Assembly: GCA_051294905.1 (NCBI GenBank)
Contig: CM119373.1
Coordinates: 3,102,001-3,166,000, forward strand
Source: Botryllus schlosseri
Taxonomy: Eukaryota
Direction of reading: 5' to 3'
Length of the DNA stretch: 64,000 bases
Both the position numbers and the translations under genes were made by a program. Within the stretch, counting starts at the first letter, position 1. Each line of letters starts with the position of its first letter. Of this stretch, positions 12,767 through 26,725 are shown piece by piece. The notes beneath the pieces are model-generated. The model did not search any database. It was not told the origin of the DNA and saw nothing but the letters and a program-made list of their open reading frames with translations.

Positions 12767-14369
12767 CTGAAAACATACACATGAAAAGCTGATAGAATGG
12801 TAGTGCAGCTCAATATCCTAATAGTCATATTTTACTAAAGTCGCGACATTTTCTTCAAGTTGTTCTAGTAGTCTCATATCGGTTCGCAGACACTCAACCT
12901 TCGCAGGTCTTGCAATAGGCTACACATAATTGTGACCAGACGATTTCAAAATGAAGATATTTAAAAATCAACGCGACATGCTGACACCGGGAAAAACTTT
13001 AACCGCGTGCTGTGAGGATACTGGCGTAACCAGGAGGGGGTGAAAGGGGCCATGCCTCCTATATATTCAACATGAAATTGTCTCGCGCTTAGCGCGATAT
13101 ATACTTTCAGTAGTTTATTTTGCCAACACGAAGTGTGATCCCAGAAAGATTCCCGGCGATAATATCTTATCGGAGATAGCGCCGTATGGCCCTGTCCGTG
13201 CAACCTGGGTCCCACGGTGCGAATGCGACGAAGAAATGAAATAATAATGAATGATATGAATTTGAATAATGATGAATAAATGAAAATTGGTAATCGTGCG
13301 CATCTCACCAAAGACATCTCTCTTCAAATTCGTTGCAGTACGTGTAAGCGATCTTTTAATTGACGACAACTTTTTCCGGAGGTCAGGAAATGACAACATG
13401 CTTCAACTAAGTAATTACAAGTGGCCCGCCCGACCTCACCCTCCTAAAACCCATGAATAGTCTTACCGCGTCGTATGAACATATAGCTCAAAATGAATGC
13501 ATAATTTCGTGTCTAATAAATCTTTGAATCTTCTATCAGCTCTATCGTTAATCTTTTAATGATAACGTATATAAGCAGAACCGTAACAGAGTCGCACCCC
13601 AAACCCCAATTGAGGAGGACGAGCTCGAATGAGGCCCAAAATTGTTTTGTAAATAAAAATAAATTTATGGAGTATTTTAGGCTAGATTCATTAAACTTGA
13701 ATTTTTTCTTCAGGCTTCGCTCAATTTATTGTCGCGCTACATGTCATGATTTTAATATGAATACCCCATCCCCCAGAAAAAAGTAATTTGGTTTGATGTA
13801 TAAAAATAGGTATTATTGCGCCGTTGGTATATATATGTTCAATTGCCAGTTGTTCGACAGTGAATAGTCCTGTCATGGCAATCTGAGAAAATGTCGCCCC
13901 CCGCGATGAAGTGTCAACTTGGGGTCGTATGTGGCACACGAAATTCGTTCTTCTTTCTGTTTAGTCCGGTATATTTGTGCTTTTTCAATATCTTGTAACT
14001 TGTAACCATATAGCAGCCGGTAGGTCACGAAATAATAATATGCAGCATAATAATTATTAACAAATCCCGTTCCTTCGTAGACGGATAATTAATTAGTTGT
14101 GTATCATTAACGTTCCCTAAACTTTCGAAGGCACCACCTCACCTCCCTTAGCTCTACCGATAAATGTGATCACATCGGCGATTATATGATGTGCAATTAT
14201 AATTATTATTGACAAAATTCAGGCATGTATTAGGACATCTATTTGCTCTTCGCGTCACAATAGATATACAGGGTGTGCCTGCATGACAATGAAGTCGGAC
14301 TTTCGATTAGCCGTGAGATGTAAGGTCTATGGGACGAAGCCTCCGGGAGTTTGGTTGATCACTTTATGG

Positions 14370-14665
14370 CGAGGGTTCTCAAACTGGGGGCGTGAAAGCA
14401 TCGGAAGGGGGCGCGAAGCTGTGGTCAAGTGATTTTTTTTCGCACTTAACGCGACTGACCTCCAATTCAGAGTTTCTGCTCTGTGCGTAGTCAAAATTTC
14501 AGATTGGAAAATTACCTCATAAGCAGTCATAACCTTTCATGCCATCAAACTATCCGTTGGGGTTGCTAGCATTCTGCGGATGCATTTTGTGATATGACGA
14601 TAAGGGGCGCGAAATTTTTCACTGTGATAAAGGGGGGCGTGTCAAAAAAAGTTTGAGAACCACTG
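14370..14665. mobile_element. hAT MITE
   Basis: Ends ggttctcaaac / gtttgagaaccactg; TSD ctttatgg / ctctatgg (7/8). Confidence 0.75.
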
Positions 14666-16452
14666 CTCTATGGGGTGCCCAAGACCAGTGCAAGTAACAA
14701 TATTATTGACCAAATTCAAATATTAACTTAAAAAAAAATTTCCGATTCGCGCGGAAGTTTAGTAACGCTGATCTTCCACGACAATATGTCTATGGGTGAA
14801 AGATCACACTAAAAGTTGTTAATCACCCAATAAGCGCCCAAAACCATAGATTTTACCATATTTCCCATATCTTTAAAATGGATCGTCATTTACCTGATAA
14901 ATTTTTTAGGCTATGCCATTGCGTGAGGATAGACACTGGTTTCAATAAGCACTACCATATTTTCATGTGTCTGAGATTTATCTGGGATCCCCACTACAAT
15001 CCCGTCTCTACATTAACAAAAGAAAGAGTTCACTGCGCGTTAAGATTTCGGTGCAAATAGACAGCAAGATGGGGGCATTGAATGCAAAGAGAATGAATAG
15101 CGAGATATGGAAATAAGCTATTAACCGTAGAGCAATAACATCTGAAATCCATGAACATGCCGATATGACTATTGTGAAGCGGGAAGCAATATTGGTGAAA
15201 TACCATCGAGCCAATATTTTAGCGATAAAATCGCATAAAATCCTTTTAGCGTCCACCTATTTCTCCATACAGTATACGTCGTCTATTTCGTGGAAAGAGT
15301 GAATATACCACAAAAGAGCTCCTAGCTAAGGCTCCATAGAGCCCTTGGTGGTCCGCTGAGCAGTTTTAATGGGTCCATCAGTTCCAATGTTGGGACTACA
15401 AGTATAAAACTATATTGTCCTTATATATATAGGCCTATATAGATCACATATGTCTTTTTTCTTGACTTATGTTCCTATTTTGGCCTATTCAGTGCTCACA
15501 GCAGGCAATGATAGCCACACTAAAACAGTGGTTTTCAAACTCGGTTGAGCGCCCCCCTTGGGGTCGTGAAAGCATACTTTTGATATTTTACAGCTTGTAG
15601 CCTACTTTTATAGGCCTACCGTTGTAGACGGCTCATTTTCTGCTCATTGCGAATCATAAACGGTCATATGAAACAAACAGGTTGACATGGTGTTATGCTC
15701 AACGTACAGCAATATCCTAGCTGAAGCAAGACTGCTTACGGGCATTGCATGGTTCTTATATCAAAAAGTTCATGGCGAAAAATTGTAATATTGAAAACAT
15801 TGTCAAGATGAAGCAACAAGGTGTGTCACTAGCAGTATAAGCACGACTTCAGTGTTGTCAGCCAGCAACTGCTGCTGTTGAACGTTATTTCTCGAGTCCT
15901 GGCAAGCTACTTAGTAATGACAGACACTTTCTACCCGAGAATGTAGGAAAGTAACTTTCGTTGCACTACAAGAAATTTTAATTATTTCTACCATAATACT
16001 ACTGAAACTACTGGAATTCTTCATAGGGCCAGAATTCGATAAAATACTAGTTTTTACATGTAAAAATTTATCAGTTTTTAGTCAAAAATGTTTTTGCACG
16101 CCAACCTACTTCGTAAGGAATGAAGATGAGTAGAACAATTTTAACATTATGTGCGAAAACACCTAACTTGCATGCGTGAGGTAAAAATTTGGTCAAAACT
16201 AAGTATTTTTAGGTCGAAAAATATCTAAAATTTGATTTTTTAAGATCTGCCACTTTTTAGTAAAAAATCGCCCCAGTAAGAGACCTTTTGTCAGTCACCA
16301 GCTCCTCGTAACACCCAAAGACATCAGGGACCAGCACTACAGAACTATTGAGAACACCTGACTACACCAACTAGTTTATAATTATCACGACTGATTCATA
16401 GGGTACTTGTCCAAACTACCCATTATTTAGTTGACCAACAACTAACTAACGT

Positions 16453-16710
16453 AGTACTAGTTCTAGTTGCGGATTTGAAAAGTGATTAGTTCTAGTTGCG
16501 GATTTTGAAAATTTATTAGTTGTAGTTCTAGTTGTAGTTGCGGATTTTGAAAAGTGAGTAGTTCTATAGTTGTAGTTATAGTTGCGAGATTGAAAATTGA
16601 GCAGTTCTATAGTTCTAATTATAGTTTCGGATTTCGGAGAGTTAGTAGTTCTAGTTCTAGTTATATAGTTGCTAGATTTAAAAATTGAGTAGTTATAGTT
16701 GCGATTTTTG
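16453..16710. repeat. Minisatellite built from tagttc/tagttg hexamers and gcggattttgaaaa
   Basis: Repeated tagttctagttgcggattttgaaaa units. Confidence 0.8.
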
Positions 16711-17120
16711 AGAATCCAATAGCTTTTACAAGTGTGAACTGATTCTTTTGGCATAAATGAATCCGTTCTACTGACCATTAGCCTACTACCGTAGTTCATA
16801 AAGTTAGCCGATCGAAGAGACTGCTAATCATATGATTGAAAACTGCTCATCGGAACGCATTTTACGCGGAGATCATAACATTAGCTGATTCGGAAGAACG
16901 CTAATCGTCTAATTAATATCTGCTATCGCGACTAATAAAGTTGGGTAAGGTAGGTTACGCGCGATGATTACTCGAGGTCGAGGTGTCCCGAGTGTTCAAT
17001 CAAATGGTGTTATCTGTTGCATCATCATGGGAAAACGCGTTATTTCCGGTCATTTGTCAATTTGTTGACTAAAACGGCAGCCTGCTGATGAAGATACTTC
17101 GACTTTGACAGTTAGGATTA

Positions 17121-17715
17121 TCGGCACTTCTTAACTATTCCCGACACATCGAGAAGTCATCCCCATGAAACCAATAAATGTTTCCCATGTACATGTGAAA
17201 ATTTATAAACTTCAATTTTTTTGCGTTGGGATTAAGGGGAGACGGATATTAAGGATGGGGTGGGGGATAATACGGTCGGGGAGGGATATATTTGGGTGGG
17301 TTAGGATATCCTAAGATTAGGGTTGGGATGAGTAATACAATACACCCAACCCTAATCTTGGGATAACCTGACCCCAACTTTAACCCTAACCCACCTACAA
17401 CCCCAATATTACGATATTACGAACCCTAATCTTGGGATATCCTACCTACCCCAACCTGGACCCTAATATACCTTTCCCCCACCCGACCCTAATATCTCCC
17501 ACGCTAACCCTAATATCTCCCACCGATCCTAATATTCCCTTCCCTCAACTCTAATTTCTCCCACCCAATCTCTAATGTCCGTCTCCCCAACCCTAATCCC
17601 AACGCGAAAATCAATTTATTTTGACGTTTATAAATTTTCAGTTCTTCATGGGAAACATTTATTTGTTTCATGGGGATCACTTCTCCATGTGTGAGGAATG
17701 GCCAAGAAGTGCCGA
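17121..17715. mobile_element. Foldback/MITE with ~150-bp or longer imperfect TIRs and internal accctaat repeats
   Basis: tcggcacttctt..ccccatgaaac..aaatttataaac..gggagacgga is mirrored by tccgtctcccc..gtttataaattt..gtttcatgggg..aagaagtgccga. Confidence 0.8.
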
Positions 17716-18081
17716 ATTATCATCATCGCAAAATGAGAGACGTGCGTAATCAGTACGGTACAGCGAAGGTATATAGCTCTGCAACGTTGCGTACGTAATT
17801 CGTTGATTGTCTGATTGTTCAGTGAAGCCATTACCTTGGAGACAATTCACCGTCATTATCGGAAGTATTTGCGCGTAGGAATGTTACGCAGTGCACGCAG
17901 TTTTTATATTAGTTTGTTCCGGTTTGTTAAATCATGAGATTAAAACTAATTTTATGCGGTGCAAACAACCGTCTTCCTTAATCCTGGCTTGTTGAATCCT
18001 GATGAACGCAATAATCGACTTTATCGATAGTCCAATTTGATGAAGTCCACCCTTAGACTATTTCAAATTATTCAAACTCGC

Positions 18082-18278
18082 CCTTGAGGTCCATATTCCA
18101 ATATGTGGCGACCCATTGAAATCCCAGTTCCTCTCGGCCAAAACCGTGCACATCCAATCTAAAGCACCGTCATTGAGCTCATCAGTTGAAAATGTAGATA
18201 TTATTGAGTTTTTTTCTTCGCAAATTTTCTTCGCTTGCTCGAAATTCTTGTCTTCCATGTTCCATAGTTCTAATCGCA
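18082..18278 (-). CDS. Exon encoding the N-terminal half of a C-type lectin-like domain
   Basis: tttttcag acceptor (phase 1); RLELWNMEDKNFEQAKKICEEKNSIISTFSTDELNDGALDWMCTVLAERNWDFNGSPHIGIWTSR. KNFEQAKKIC..IWT matches the CTLD pattern; putative donor is gcgagt. Confidence 0.6.
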
Positions 18279-19211
18279 CTGAAAAATTGTCGTAAATTTA
18301 TGAGTACCTCTTTTATAATGAATTACACTGGTCTACACAATTTTTGCGGCAGATTGTGTTCGAGTCTTTTATACCTAATTTACGGACGCTGAATCCAAAA
18401 CTGTAGTTATTATTCTTTTGCCAAGTCGAATTTTTAAGATAATACATATGTTACTTGCATTACCATTAAAATAAAATAATAAGATATTTATTAAATCGTC
18501 TTGAAATGTAGTTTTATTCAATCACAACTCGAAAATTCTCGTTTTGATGGCCTTAGTTCGTAGGCATAGTAGCGTAAATCAATGTTGGGATTACCTAGGT
18601 TTACCTACACACAAAAAAATCTGGTAGATTTACAAAGAAATTTCTGTAAATTCTACAACGAATTACCCGTCGCAGCCAATAGCAGCGTGTAGCTTGTCAT
18701 TTTACATTTTGATATGTAATATTACATTAATTTAGCTGCTAAGTGAAGTTACCAGAATTTCTTCGCAAGGTTACTGACAGTTACTCGCTACGGCATTTTA
18801 CCAAGCTATTGGCAAAATTGATTAGCTTCCAAGCCCCAGCAACCAGTGGATACGTGGAAGTGCATGTCACTGTGATATCATTCTCGCTGCGATTTGACCT
18901 GATTCAACCTCGTTCGCGAGACAGGATTAGGTCACACGGAACTGGTTGACCCTAGTACCAATTTCGGTATAGTGCATAGTTGGGTGCAAGAAGCAGCTGA
19001 CAATCCAGTTACACCGTAGACATTATATTATATGGCTATGGCTACACGGTCGGTCTCGGCGGTTAGATTTGTTGTAACAGATAGGGCTAATGAGTTACAA
19101 AAATCAGTTTAGGATATGTAATCTTATTCCTGAAACTAGAAATATCAGCACATCAAGCTCAGTTGACCATTTCTTAATGGCGGACACGGAGACCTATAAT
19201 AGGTTACCTTA

Positions 19212-20182
19212 AGGCTGCTGCACACTGGCTTTGCGACACGACTAAAACAGGTAATTCCCCGATCATGTCGCGCTCACGATCGCTGTAGTTGCGTTATGCT
19301 GCACACTGGGACACCGAGTCGTAACGTATCTGTTCTGTACTAACTTGATGATTTCGTAACGGTATAGGTTCTTGGTTATTACTATTGAAGAACACATCAA
19401 GATAATTCCTACACATAAGTGTTTTCTATGTGTACTGACATCATTTTGCTGATGCTCCGAATTTTGATAAGTACACCATAACGCCACTAAGATATTCACA
19501 AATTCGAAAACTCAGTTTATTATTTCAACTCAAGACGCAGATGCACAATATACAGTACCCAAGATACAAAGAATATAAACAACAAGGTGTCCAATCGTTG
19601 AAACGCCCTGACAAAGTCCATCAATCAAGATATCTTTATAATATATATATACCGGTCGGCCTACTCGTCTTGGCCTACCGGTACTTTCGTAATGTCGAGC
19701 ATACCAGTTGCATTGGCGGGTTAGCGGTCATGTTCTCTGTTATTCATCTTGTATTGTGAACATATAGTAATCTAATTATCAAATATATCCAAATTTCGTT
19801 CTTTCAACTTTAAGTTATCAACTTGAAGTTGAATCATTCTTTTTCTGGGCTTGTTGGATACAGTACCATACAGCGCACAGCCTTCACCGTGTAACCCAAG
19901 ATAAATTACGCATCTGGTACACAAGAATGTTAAATTAGGAAGTTGAACGATTAGAAAAGATTGCAACAGCACCGTCGAAATAAGAGCGCGTGCTTATTTT
20001 CTACTGCGACTGAGCCCGCAACTCGCGACAAAGTTGAAAATTTTCAACTTTGTCGGCGAGTTGCGCAGCCCTCTCGCCGACGCTTTGTTGCGTAGTCTGG
20101 CGACGCGGTGTGCATCGTTTTGTCACAGACCGTCGCGATTCTCTCGTTTTGTCGTGTCGCGAGAGGCAGTGTGCAGCAGCCT
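19212..20182. mobile_element. PIF/Harbinger-type non-autonomous element
   Basis: 16-bp perfect TIR aggctgctgcacactg plus subterminal similarity; 3-bp TSD TTA (19209-19211, 20183-20185). Confidence 0.85.
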
Positions 20183-20329
20183 TTAGGTTGCGCGTTGCGG
20201 GTTTTTCTGAGATTCGTAGTAAACAACCAACAATCAACTGTGACATCACAAATGGCGTCCGGTTAGGTAAGTAAGTAGGGAACCACACGTGGAGCAATAA
20301 ATATCAATATATACGAAATTAGATGCAAA

Positions 20330-20522
20330 AGAAAGGGACTATAGGTGTTGATAGATGTTTCTGTATGAAAAACCACCCTGGATTGAACAATATAACGTGG
20401 ACAGTAAATATTATTGGTGGCATATGTGAGCGGATGAATATCACTTATTTCAAAGTCGTCTGCGTGTCGAGCCGAGTAGCCGACTCGTCGGCCATTAATA
20501 TTGAGCTTTGGGCATGCAACGG
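20330..20522 (-). pseudogene. Possible sushi/CCP-like exon, 3' boundary unclear
   Basis: gtcag acceptor, phase 1; VACPKLNINGRRVGYS...TYATNNIYCPRY resembles the first half of a CCP module; second half not recognisable. Confidence 0.25.
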
Positions 20523-21631
20523 CTGACGGTGCGAAGCTTGTGACTTGTGATTGAAGAAAGTAGAGACTTTCGTTGAAGATTCCCAGGACTGATGAATGGG
20601 ATGCGCATCGTAAAAGGTACAGAAGCCTACTGTATAGCATTAGTTAGCGTGAATATCTACGCCTGTGCACACCATCCGGATGACTTTGGTTTCATGATTT
20701 AAATATTTCAGTCGCCCCATTCTCAGCTCTATTTTGGGATATAAGTCGACTTGTATAATGACCTGCGAGACCACATACTCTGCCGCGCATAGCTTAGATA
20801 TGTTGTCATCCACTGGTCGATATGTTTGGCTCACATGCCGCATCAAATGAGGCACCTTTTCTTTAAATACATTGATCATTCAAGTCATGAATCTCTGCTA
20901 TATCATGTCAAATGAGGAGTCGTCAACTCACAATGTACCTGTACCGGTACTTCAAAACTTGTTCTATTTTTGTTAATCTGTCTTGGTCTTTATAAGTCAT
21001 GTCTAGGTTAGCAACTTGGCTTAGTATAGCGACTTACGAATGAATTATATTTAGTGGAACTGCAAGATACTAGTCACACAGAAGGAATGAAGACGAGGAA
21101 AAGAAACAATTGGAAGTTTATCCGGCGTTGGAATTAATTCACCTTTTCTTGGGACCACTCGTGCTATATTTGCATGCCTCCTAAACAAGAATTATACCTT
21201 CAGCAGCAATACTTTTTCATCGTGAATCATGAATGAATATACAGTTGTCCTAATGTCGTCTTGAGAGCGTGAAGAAACTTGCGGTATTTTGGCATCGCGT
21301 TGCTTTGGGATAGGTATGGATGTAGGCTGAGACGTGAATTTACAAGCTGGCATGTAATCTGATTTACAAGGACAGCATGTAGGGTTGTAGGTAGGTAGGT
21401 AGGTAGGTAAGGCGGTAAAATTACAGTCTCGGTGGTAAATGTACAGAAGAAAATGTAGATTGAATATACCAGAGGTGACTGTAACATTACAGTGTGGCAT
21501 GTAATGTTAGATCACCGGACGGGTGTAAGTTAAATTTACATTGAGTGACGGTAATGTTATATTACTGCCAAGTGGCTGGCCACCCTGCTTCCAGACATTT
21601 CGCGGTAAATCGGGGTAAATTTTTTTTTCAG

Positions 21632-21790
21632 TGTAGGCTCCTCCTCGCCACCTCATCCGCGTCAGCGGTGTCTTACAAAAAGCCTAGAGGTGGGCCGTGC
21701 TATAAGTCGGCAGTTACGGAAAATAAGAAGAATACCGGCCTGATGTAAATGACCATAGTAGTCGACAAACACCATGAATACCCCCAAAAA
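21632..21790 (+). mobile_element. SINE 3' portion
   Basis: Nearly identical to 7300-7445. Confidence 0.75.
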
Positions 21791-22674
21791 AGTGTTGGGA
21801 TGACTCGAGTCATGACTTGACTCGAGTCACCTTTTTCGTATGACTTGATTTGGCTCGAGTCACTTTGCTAAAATGACTTGACTTGACTTGACTCGGCCTA
21901 TCAGAAATGTGAATTGACTCGTGACTCGGAGCAAAATTCACGAGTCAATTTCTAGTCATCAAGTAATCGGCTTTGATCAAAATCACTGCAACTTGCATAT
22001 GTTCGGATTGTTCGCCAAACGCTGGTGTAACCCGTGAGAGCGACCAGTCATTTAATGATCGTGCGTTTTACTGAGCCTGCAGTGTTCTCTCACAAATGAA
22101 TCGACCGCAAACCAAGTGATCGAAGCTTACAGCTTACTTACGTTGTCGTAAACTAGTATAGTGAAGTAAATTCTGTTCTCTATTTTTACCTTTATAACCA
22201 AACCTATTGTTTTATTGAAACTGAATTCTAATATAGTTTATATAGTCCTCAACCATTGGCGCTGACTCGAATTGCATCCTCTCGATTTGTAAATGCGCAA
22301 TCTAATGCATCTTATCAATTCGCATCTATTCTCTATCTTGGCTGGTAACTATAAACTGAGGATTAGCAGTTCTATACTTATATGTGATCGATGCAGCGCC
22401 TTCTTCCGTGTTTATTTAACTCTATATTCGTTCATCGGTTAAAAATCAATGATCACTCAATCTGTATTTCAGGTAGCTAGCAAAATGAAATGACGGTATC
22501 ATGCCTCATACTTCGAAAAGGCAACTTGACTTGAATTGTGACTTGACTCGTGACTTGACTTGACTTGACTCGGGTCAGCTCCAAAAATCGATTGACTTGA
22601 CTTGACTCGAGTCAAAATGTGCAATGACTCGAAATGACTCGTGGCTCGAGGGTAGTGACTTGATCCCAACACTG
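21791..22674. mobile_element. hAT-type MITE with (gactt/gactc)n subterminal repeats
   Basis: TIR (c)agtgttgggat / atcccaacactg; same family as 52726-54133. Confidence 0.8.
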
Positions 22675-23019
22675 GTGTAAATTTCTCTATTCAACGTAAA
22701 AATCCGTTGTAAAGATAGCGCGCGAACATCAGTTATATTGGAACTCAATTTTGTCTTGTTAATGTTCATGATCGAAAACGCCTGCTCGAAAATGTATGTA
22801 GATGTGGGCCACATTATCACGTAAGACCGGAAACTGTCTGAGGGCCGTGCACAATCCAGTCGCGGGCCGTATGCTACTCGTCCCTGGTCCAAATGAAGAA
22901 ATTCGACTTAGCACCGATGCACGTCCGGAGCAACCGGTAGCCCGTCGCATCAATATCCGAGAAGTAGCTCTTGGTTTCAAAAAGTTTGGAGACCCCTGCC
23001 CTAGAGGATGTATAACGGC

Positions 23020-24381
23020 CAGAGGTGGTCAAAGTAGTCCAGGAAGCTACTCAAGTAGAAGTAGAAGTAGCGACGAAAAAAAATCTACTCAAGTACAAGT
23101 AGAAGTACTTCTTTCATGAGCAACCTAAAACTACTTGAAGTAGAAGTAGAATTGACTGACTTTAAAAGTACTCAAGTACAAGTAGAAGTACTTCTTTCAT
23201 GAGCAACCTAAAACTACTTGAAGTAGAAGTAGAATTGACTGACTTTAAAAGTACTCAAGTAAGTAAGTAGTTGTGAAAACGATCCTAATTCGTGTTCCCG
23301 TGGATTGTAAAAAGGTGCAAATTGAGCTATACGAAAGGTCACGAGCTTGATTCCTATTGATGCATACCAGCAGGTATTAAATTTTCGATAGCATAAGCAT
23401 TCGTCCACATCATGGGATGAAAATGATAGTATTAATTGATATGGAAATGCGATACTAATCCTGTTTTCTCGAACAGCACGTTTTAGAAAATAGCATGGTA
23501 TGGCGCCATCCCCCATATTATAAGGCCCGTAGTTTAGTCGAAGAGAAATACGCAGAAGTTTTATACTGTGTAAACACTTTGCGCGATTAGTAAATGTTAA
23601 TATAAAATATGTTGGACCATAAAAATGCCATATTGTGTAGCTTTATTTCCGGAAATTAAAGGCATTGCTACACTTGCTTGTATACTTCAACATGTCTGTT
23701 ATTCAGACAAAAGAACTGATATTAATTATAACTCAAAGTATTTGATACTGGGAATTGAATGTGAAACATAAATACATGTATTTCATTCCTTTGGTCCAGA
23801 AAGCTTCAAATGGTGGTATGCTAAAACAGCCCTAAAACTAACAAAAAAGTCAGAGTTCACTTTTCCAGGTTAGGACGCGCTATGGACATGCTATATAGAT
23901 TATGATATGACAAGTAAATGTTAGATTGCTAAACATCAGTTTCAAGCGTTATGATGAGCAATATATACTGTGATGAATTATTTCATATGGACGAAGGGCT
24001 ACAATATGGTGTGAGCGGAACCACGCCAACCCGCTACATAAATTATATTCCTCGATACCTTCGTGATATCATACTGGTCATTCCGTATCCACTGCGCGCG
24101 AAGCGCGAGGAAATTTCGGGGCTTTATGCAACTTTTTTGAAAATTAAATGTTGATACTCCGTGAAAACAGCCCCGACATTCGTCAGGCTATCTTCCTGAT
24201 TACAAGATTGAACTACTTCTACTTGACAAACTGAAAATAGCGAAAAGTAAGTAAGTAGATCACAAAATATTACGAAGTAGAAGTAGCGAAAATCAGATCT
24301 ACTTGAGTAAGTACCAGAAGTAGAGGAAAACTACTTGAGTACTTCGAAAAAGTAGAAGTACTTCGTTACTGACCACCTCTG
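23020..24381 (+). mobile_element. Intact non-autonomous hAT element ('AGTAGA' family, 1362 bp)
   Basis: TIR cagaggtggtca / tgaccacctctg; perfect 8-bp TSD ataacggc; agtaga/tactcaagta subterminal repeats. Confidence 0.92.
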
Positions 24382-24561
24382 ATAACGGCACACTCGGTTG
24401 AAAAAGCCCTGCAATGGAGTACCTGCAGTAGGTCTACAATCTACATCAGTGGTCCGTAACATTTGGCTCGCGAGCCATATATGGCTCTTTTGGGGATAAG
24501 TTATGGCTATTTGACAACTTTTTCATTTTGTACTTAATTTATCAATATTGCGGAAATGTGT

Positions 24562-25120
24562 TAGCGAGATAGTGTAATGGTAATACGTCCGGCTTCTCGA
24601 ACGGTAGGTTGTGGGTTCTATCCCCGGTAAGATCAGACCAAAGACTCAAAACTGGTATCCACAGCTATCCTGCTAGGCGTTGAGCATCCTAGGATAGAAT
24701 GGAGGAGAAAGAGGGCGGGCGCAGACTCGGTCAGTGACCTTACGGCAGGGTTACCATATTCTGGAATCGGGAAAGAGGACACTTTTTCAAAATTTTCAAA
24801 CTAGAATACCGGCGGAAAATCCTGAAAAAATGGTAAATTTTTTCCACTTCGTAGTCGGTTGACTAAAAATAAGGTCAACTTACGGCCAGCTTCCGAAATA
24901 CCAGTCTGAGCGTTAGTTCCGTGCTATTTTATGGTATTTTTGCCCTGTGTTTACCCAAATTCTAAAAAAGAGGGCGAAATCTCGAAAAGGAGTTCATTTA
25001 GGCGTCCTCGGAGGACATTTTCAAAAGCCCGAAAAAGGAATACAAATCCTCCTAAGGAGGACGTATGGTAACCCTACCTTACGGTTGTATCGCATCTCCC
25101 TCCTCAAAGCATCTCGATGG
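24562..25120 (+). mobile_element. tRNA-derived SINE (second family), interrupted by the hAT MITE at 24746-25076
   Basis: A box tagtgtaatggt, B box ggttctatcc, then ccaaagact..aaactggtatccacagct.cctgct.ggcgttgagca central domain. Confidence 0.65.
24746..25076. mobile_element. hAT MITE
   Basis: TIR cagggttaccata / tatggtaacccta; perfect TSD ccttacgg. Confidence 0.9.
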
Positions 25121-26725
25121 TTCCAGCGAACAAGAGTATCATATATATCTCCCTCTGTTAGTAAATTTTCCTATCACCCAGAATAGATATTTTCTTGCCA
25201 GCATAAACATGTCTTCGAGAGGTCATACAGTGGCATATGGGGCTCGGACCCTTTTTTCGAAATCCTAAAATTTATATTGCTGCCGTGCCGGTGACCAACA
25301 TCACTCACGAATTCGATACACCTAACACCGTGCGCCTCGAAATCATGGATTGCACGATATGTTGATTGATCAAACAGCAGACATGGCGACGCCTGCTTGA
25401 CAATGCAGTTGTCAACTAAACATTGTCTTTCTGATCGACGGCGAGAAATGAACAGCGCCATAGCTATCCCTGCTATAGAATGGTAAGTACCGTTTTAGTA
25501 CCGCCGTTAAAATTTGGTCATGTAGAGCAATGTTATGTTAAAGGCGAATACTTCGAAAATTGAGAAGTCGTTCAATATTTAGATTTTCGGAATCAGTGTG
25601 ACGATCACATTCGTTTAATATCAGTTATGTACGATCAATTACGTTATCACAGGTAAGACTTGGCCAGTGTGCGGCTTACCTGTGTCTTACCTATCCTTCG
25701 CGACAATTGCGTGATTTTGAGAGCAGAATGTTAAAAGTTTACTTCTTCATGAACATCGATAGTAAATAGCAATCAACCAGACTACAAAGCCATCAGTAAT
25801 ACCACACAGCACCAAAAGACGCGTTAACCTAAAAGATAGTGTGAATAGTAGATTCAAACTTCTACTGTTGTCTACATATGTTGGAAATCTGAATGTTTAT
25901 CGTCTTAATCTTCGAAAAGTAGAATATGGCTCTCAATGAAATAAAATTAAAAAGATGAAGCCTAACTTGAAAAAGATCAGTGTAACTTCCGTTTCGCATG
26001 CTCAAATAAGGCAACCCGCATGATTAGTACAAGTTTCTACATGTCAAATGCGGCGCACACGACAAATCCTATGTGGTGTAAAAATTGTAAACTGGCTTCA
26101 AATTGGTGCTACAATGACGTCACGAAATTTCAATAGTGACATTATAGTTGATTAACGCGTATGGCTCTTCGGCAGTTACAATAGAAAATATTGCGCCAAT
26201 ATGGCTCTTTGGACGAAAAAGGTTCACTACCCCTGACCAACATAGTAGGGTATACATAAGAAACATTGACAGTAGTAGCTGATGTGGTTTCACCATCGCC
26301 ATTATAAGGCTATGGCCATACACGACTGGTCTCGCATGTTCCACTAATTGTCCCGTTTAGGGCTGATAAGTTCGAAAATCAGCTTAGGATATATAATCTT
26401 GTACCGGAAATTAAAAATGATCGCATGCGCAGTTGAGCAATGAGCATTCGTTAATGGCGCACACGGCGACTTGCAACGAAGGACGTTACGCGTTACTGTT
26501 TTCTATCCGACTTGCTCATACATCCCTCGGTTACAATGATATGGAAGACCTCTACATTTGTGGGGATAAATAGCCAGGCTATAATAGAATAATGCAAATT
26601 GTGAATACACAGGTACGACCAGAGGGTTTCAGAGCAAGTCGTTTAGCTTCGATAGTTCGGGTAGTCTTTGATCGCAACGAAGTGATCACAATTTTGCATT
26701 CGAGTCGGGGAGATATGGTTCAGAT

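Larger units (their letters stand above)
24447..26235. mobile_element. hAT-like element hosting a SINE and a nested MITE
   Basis: cagtgg.. / ..cccctg ends, atatggctc subterminal motifs at both ends, TSD atctacat / accaacat (6/8). Confidence 0.55.

Noticed and set aside
17083..17110. ctgatgaag hammerhead-like start
   Set aside because: No GAAA core or supporting stems follow.
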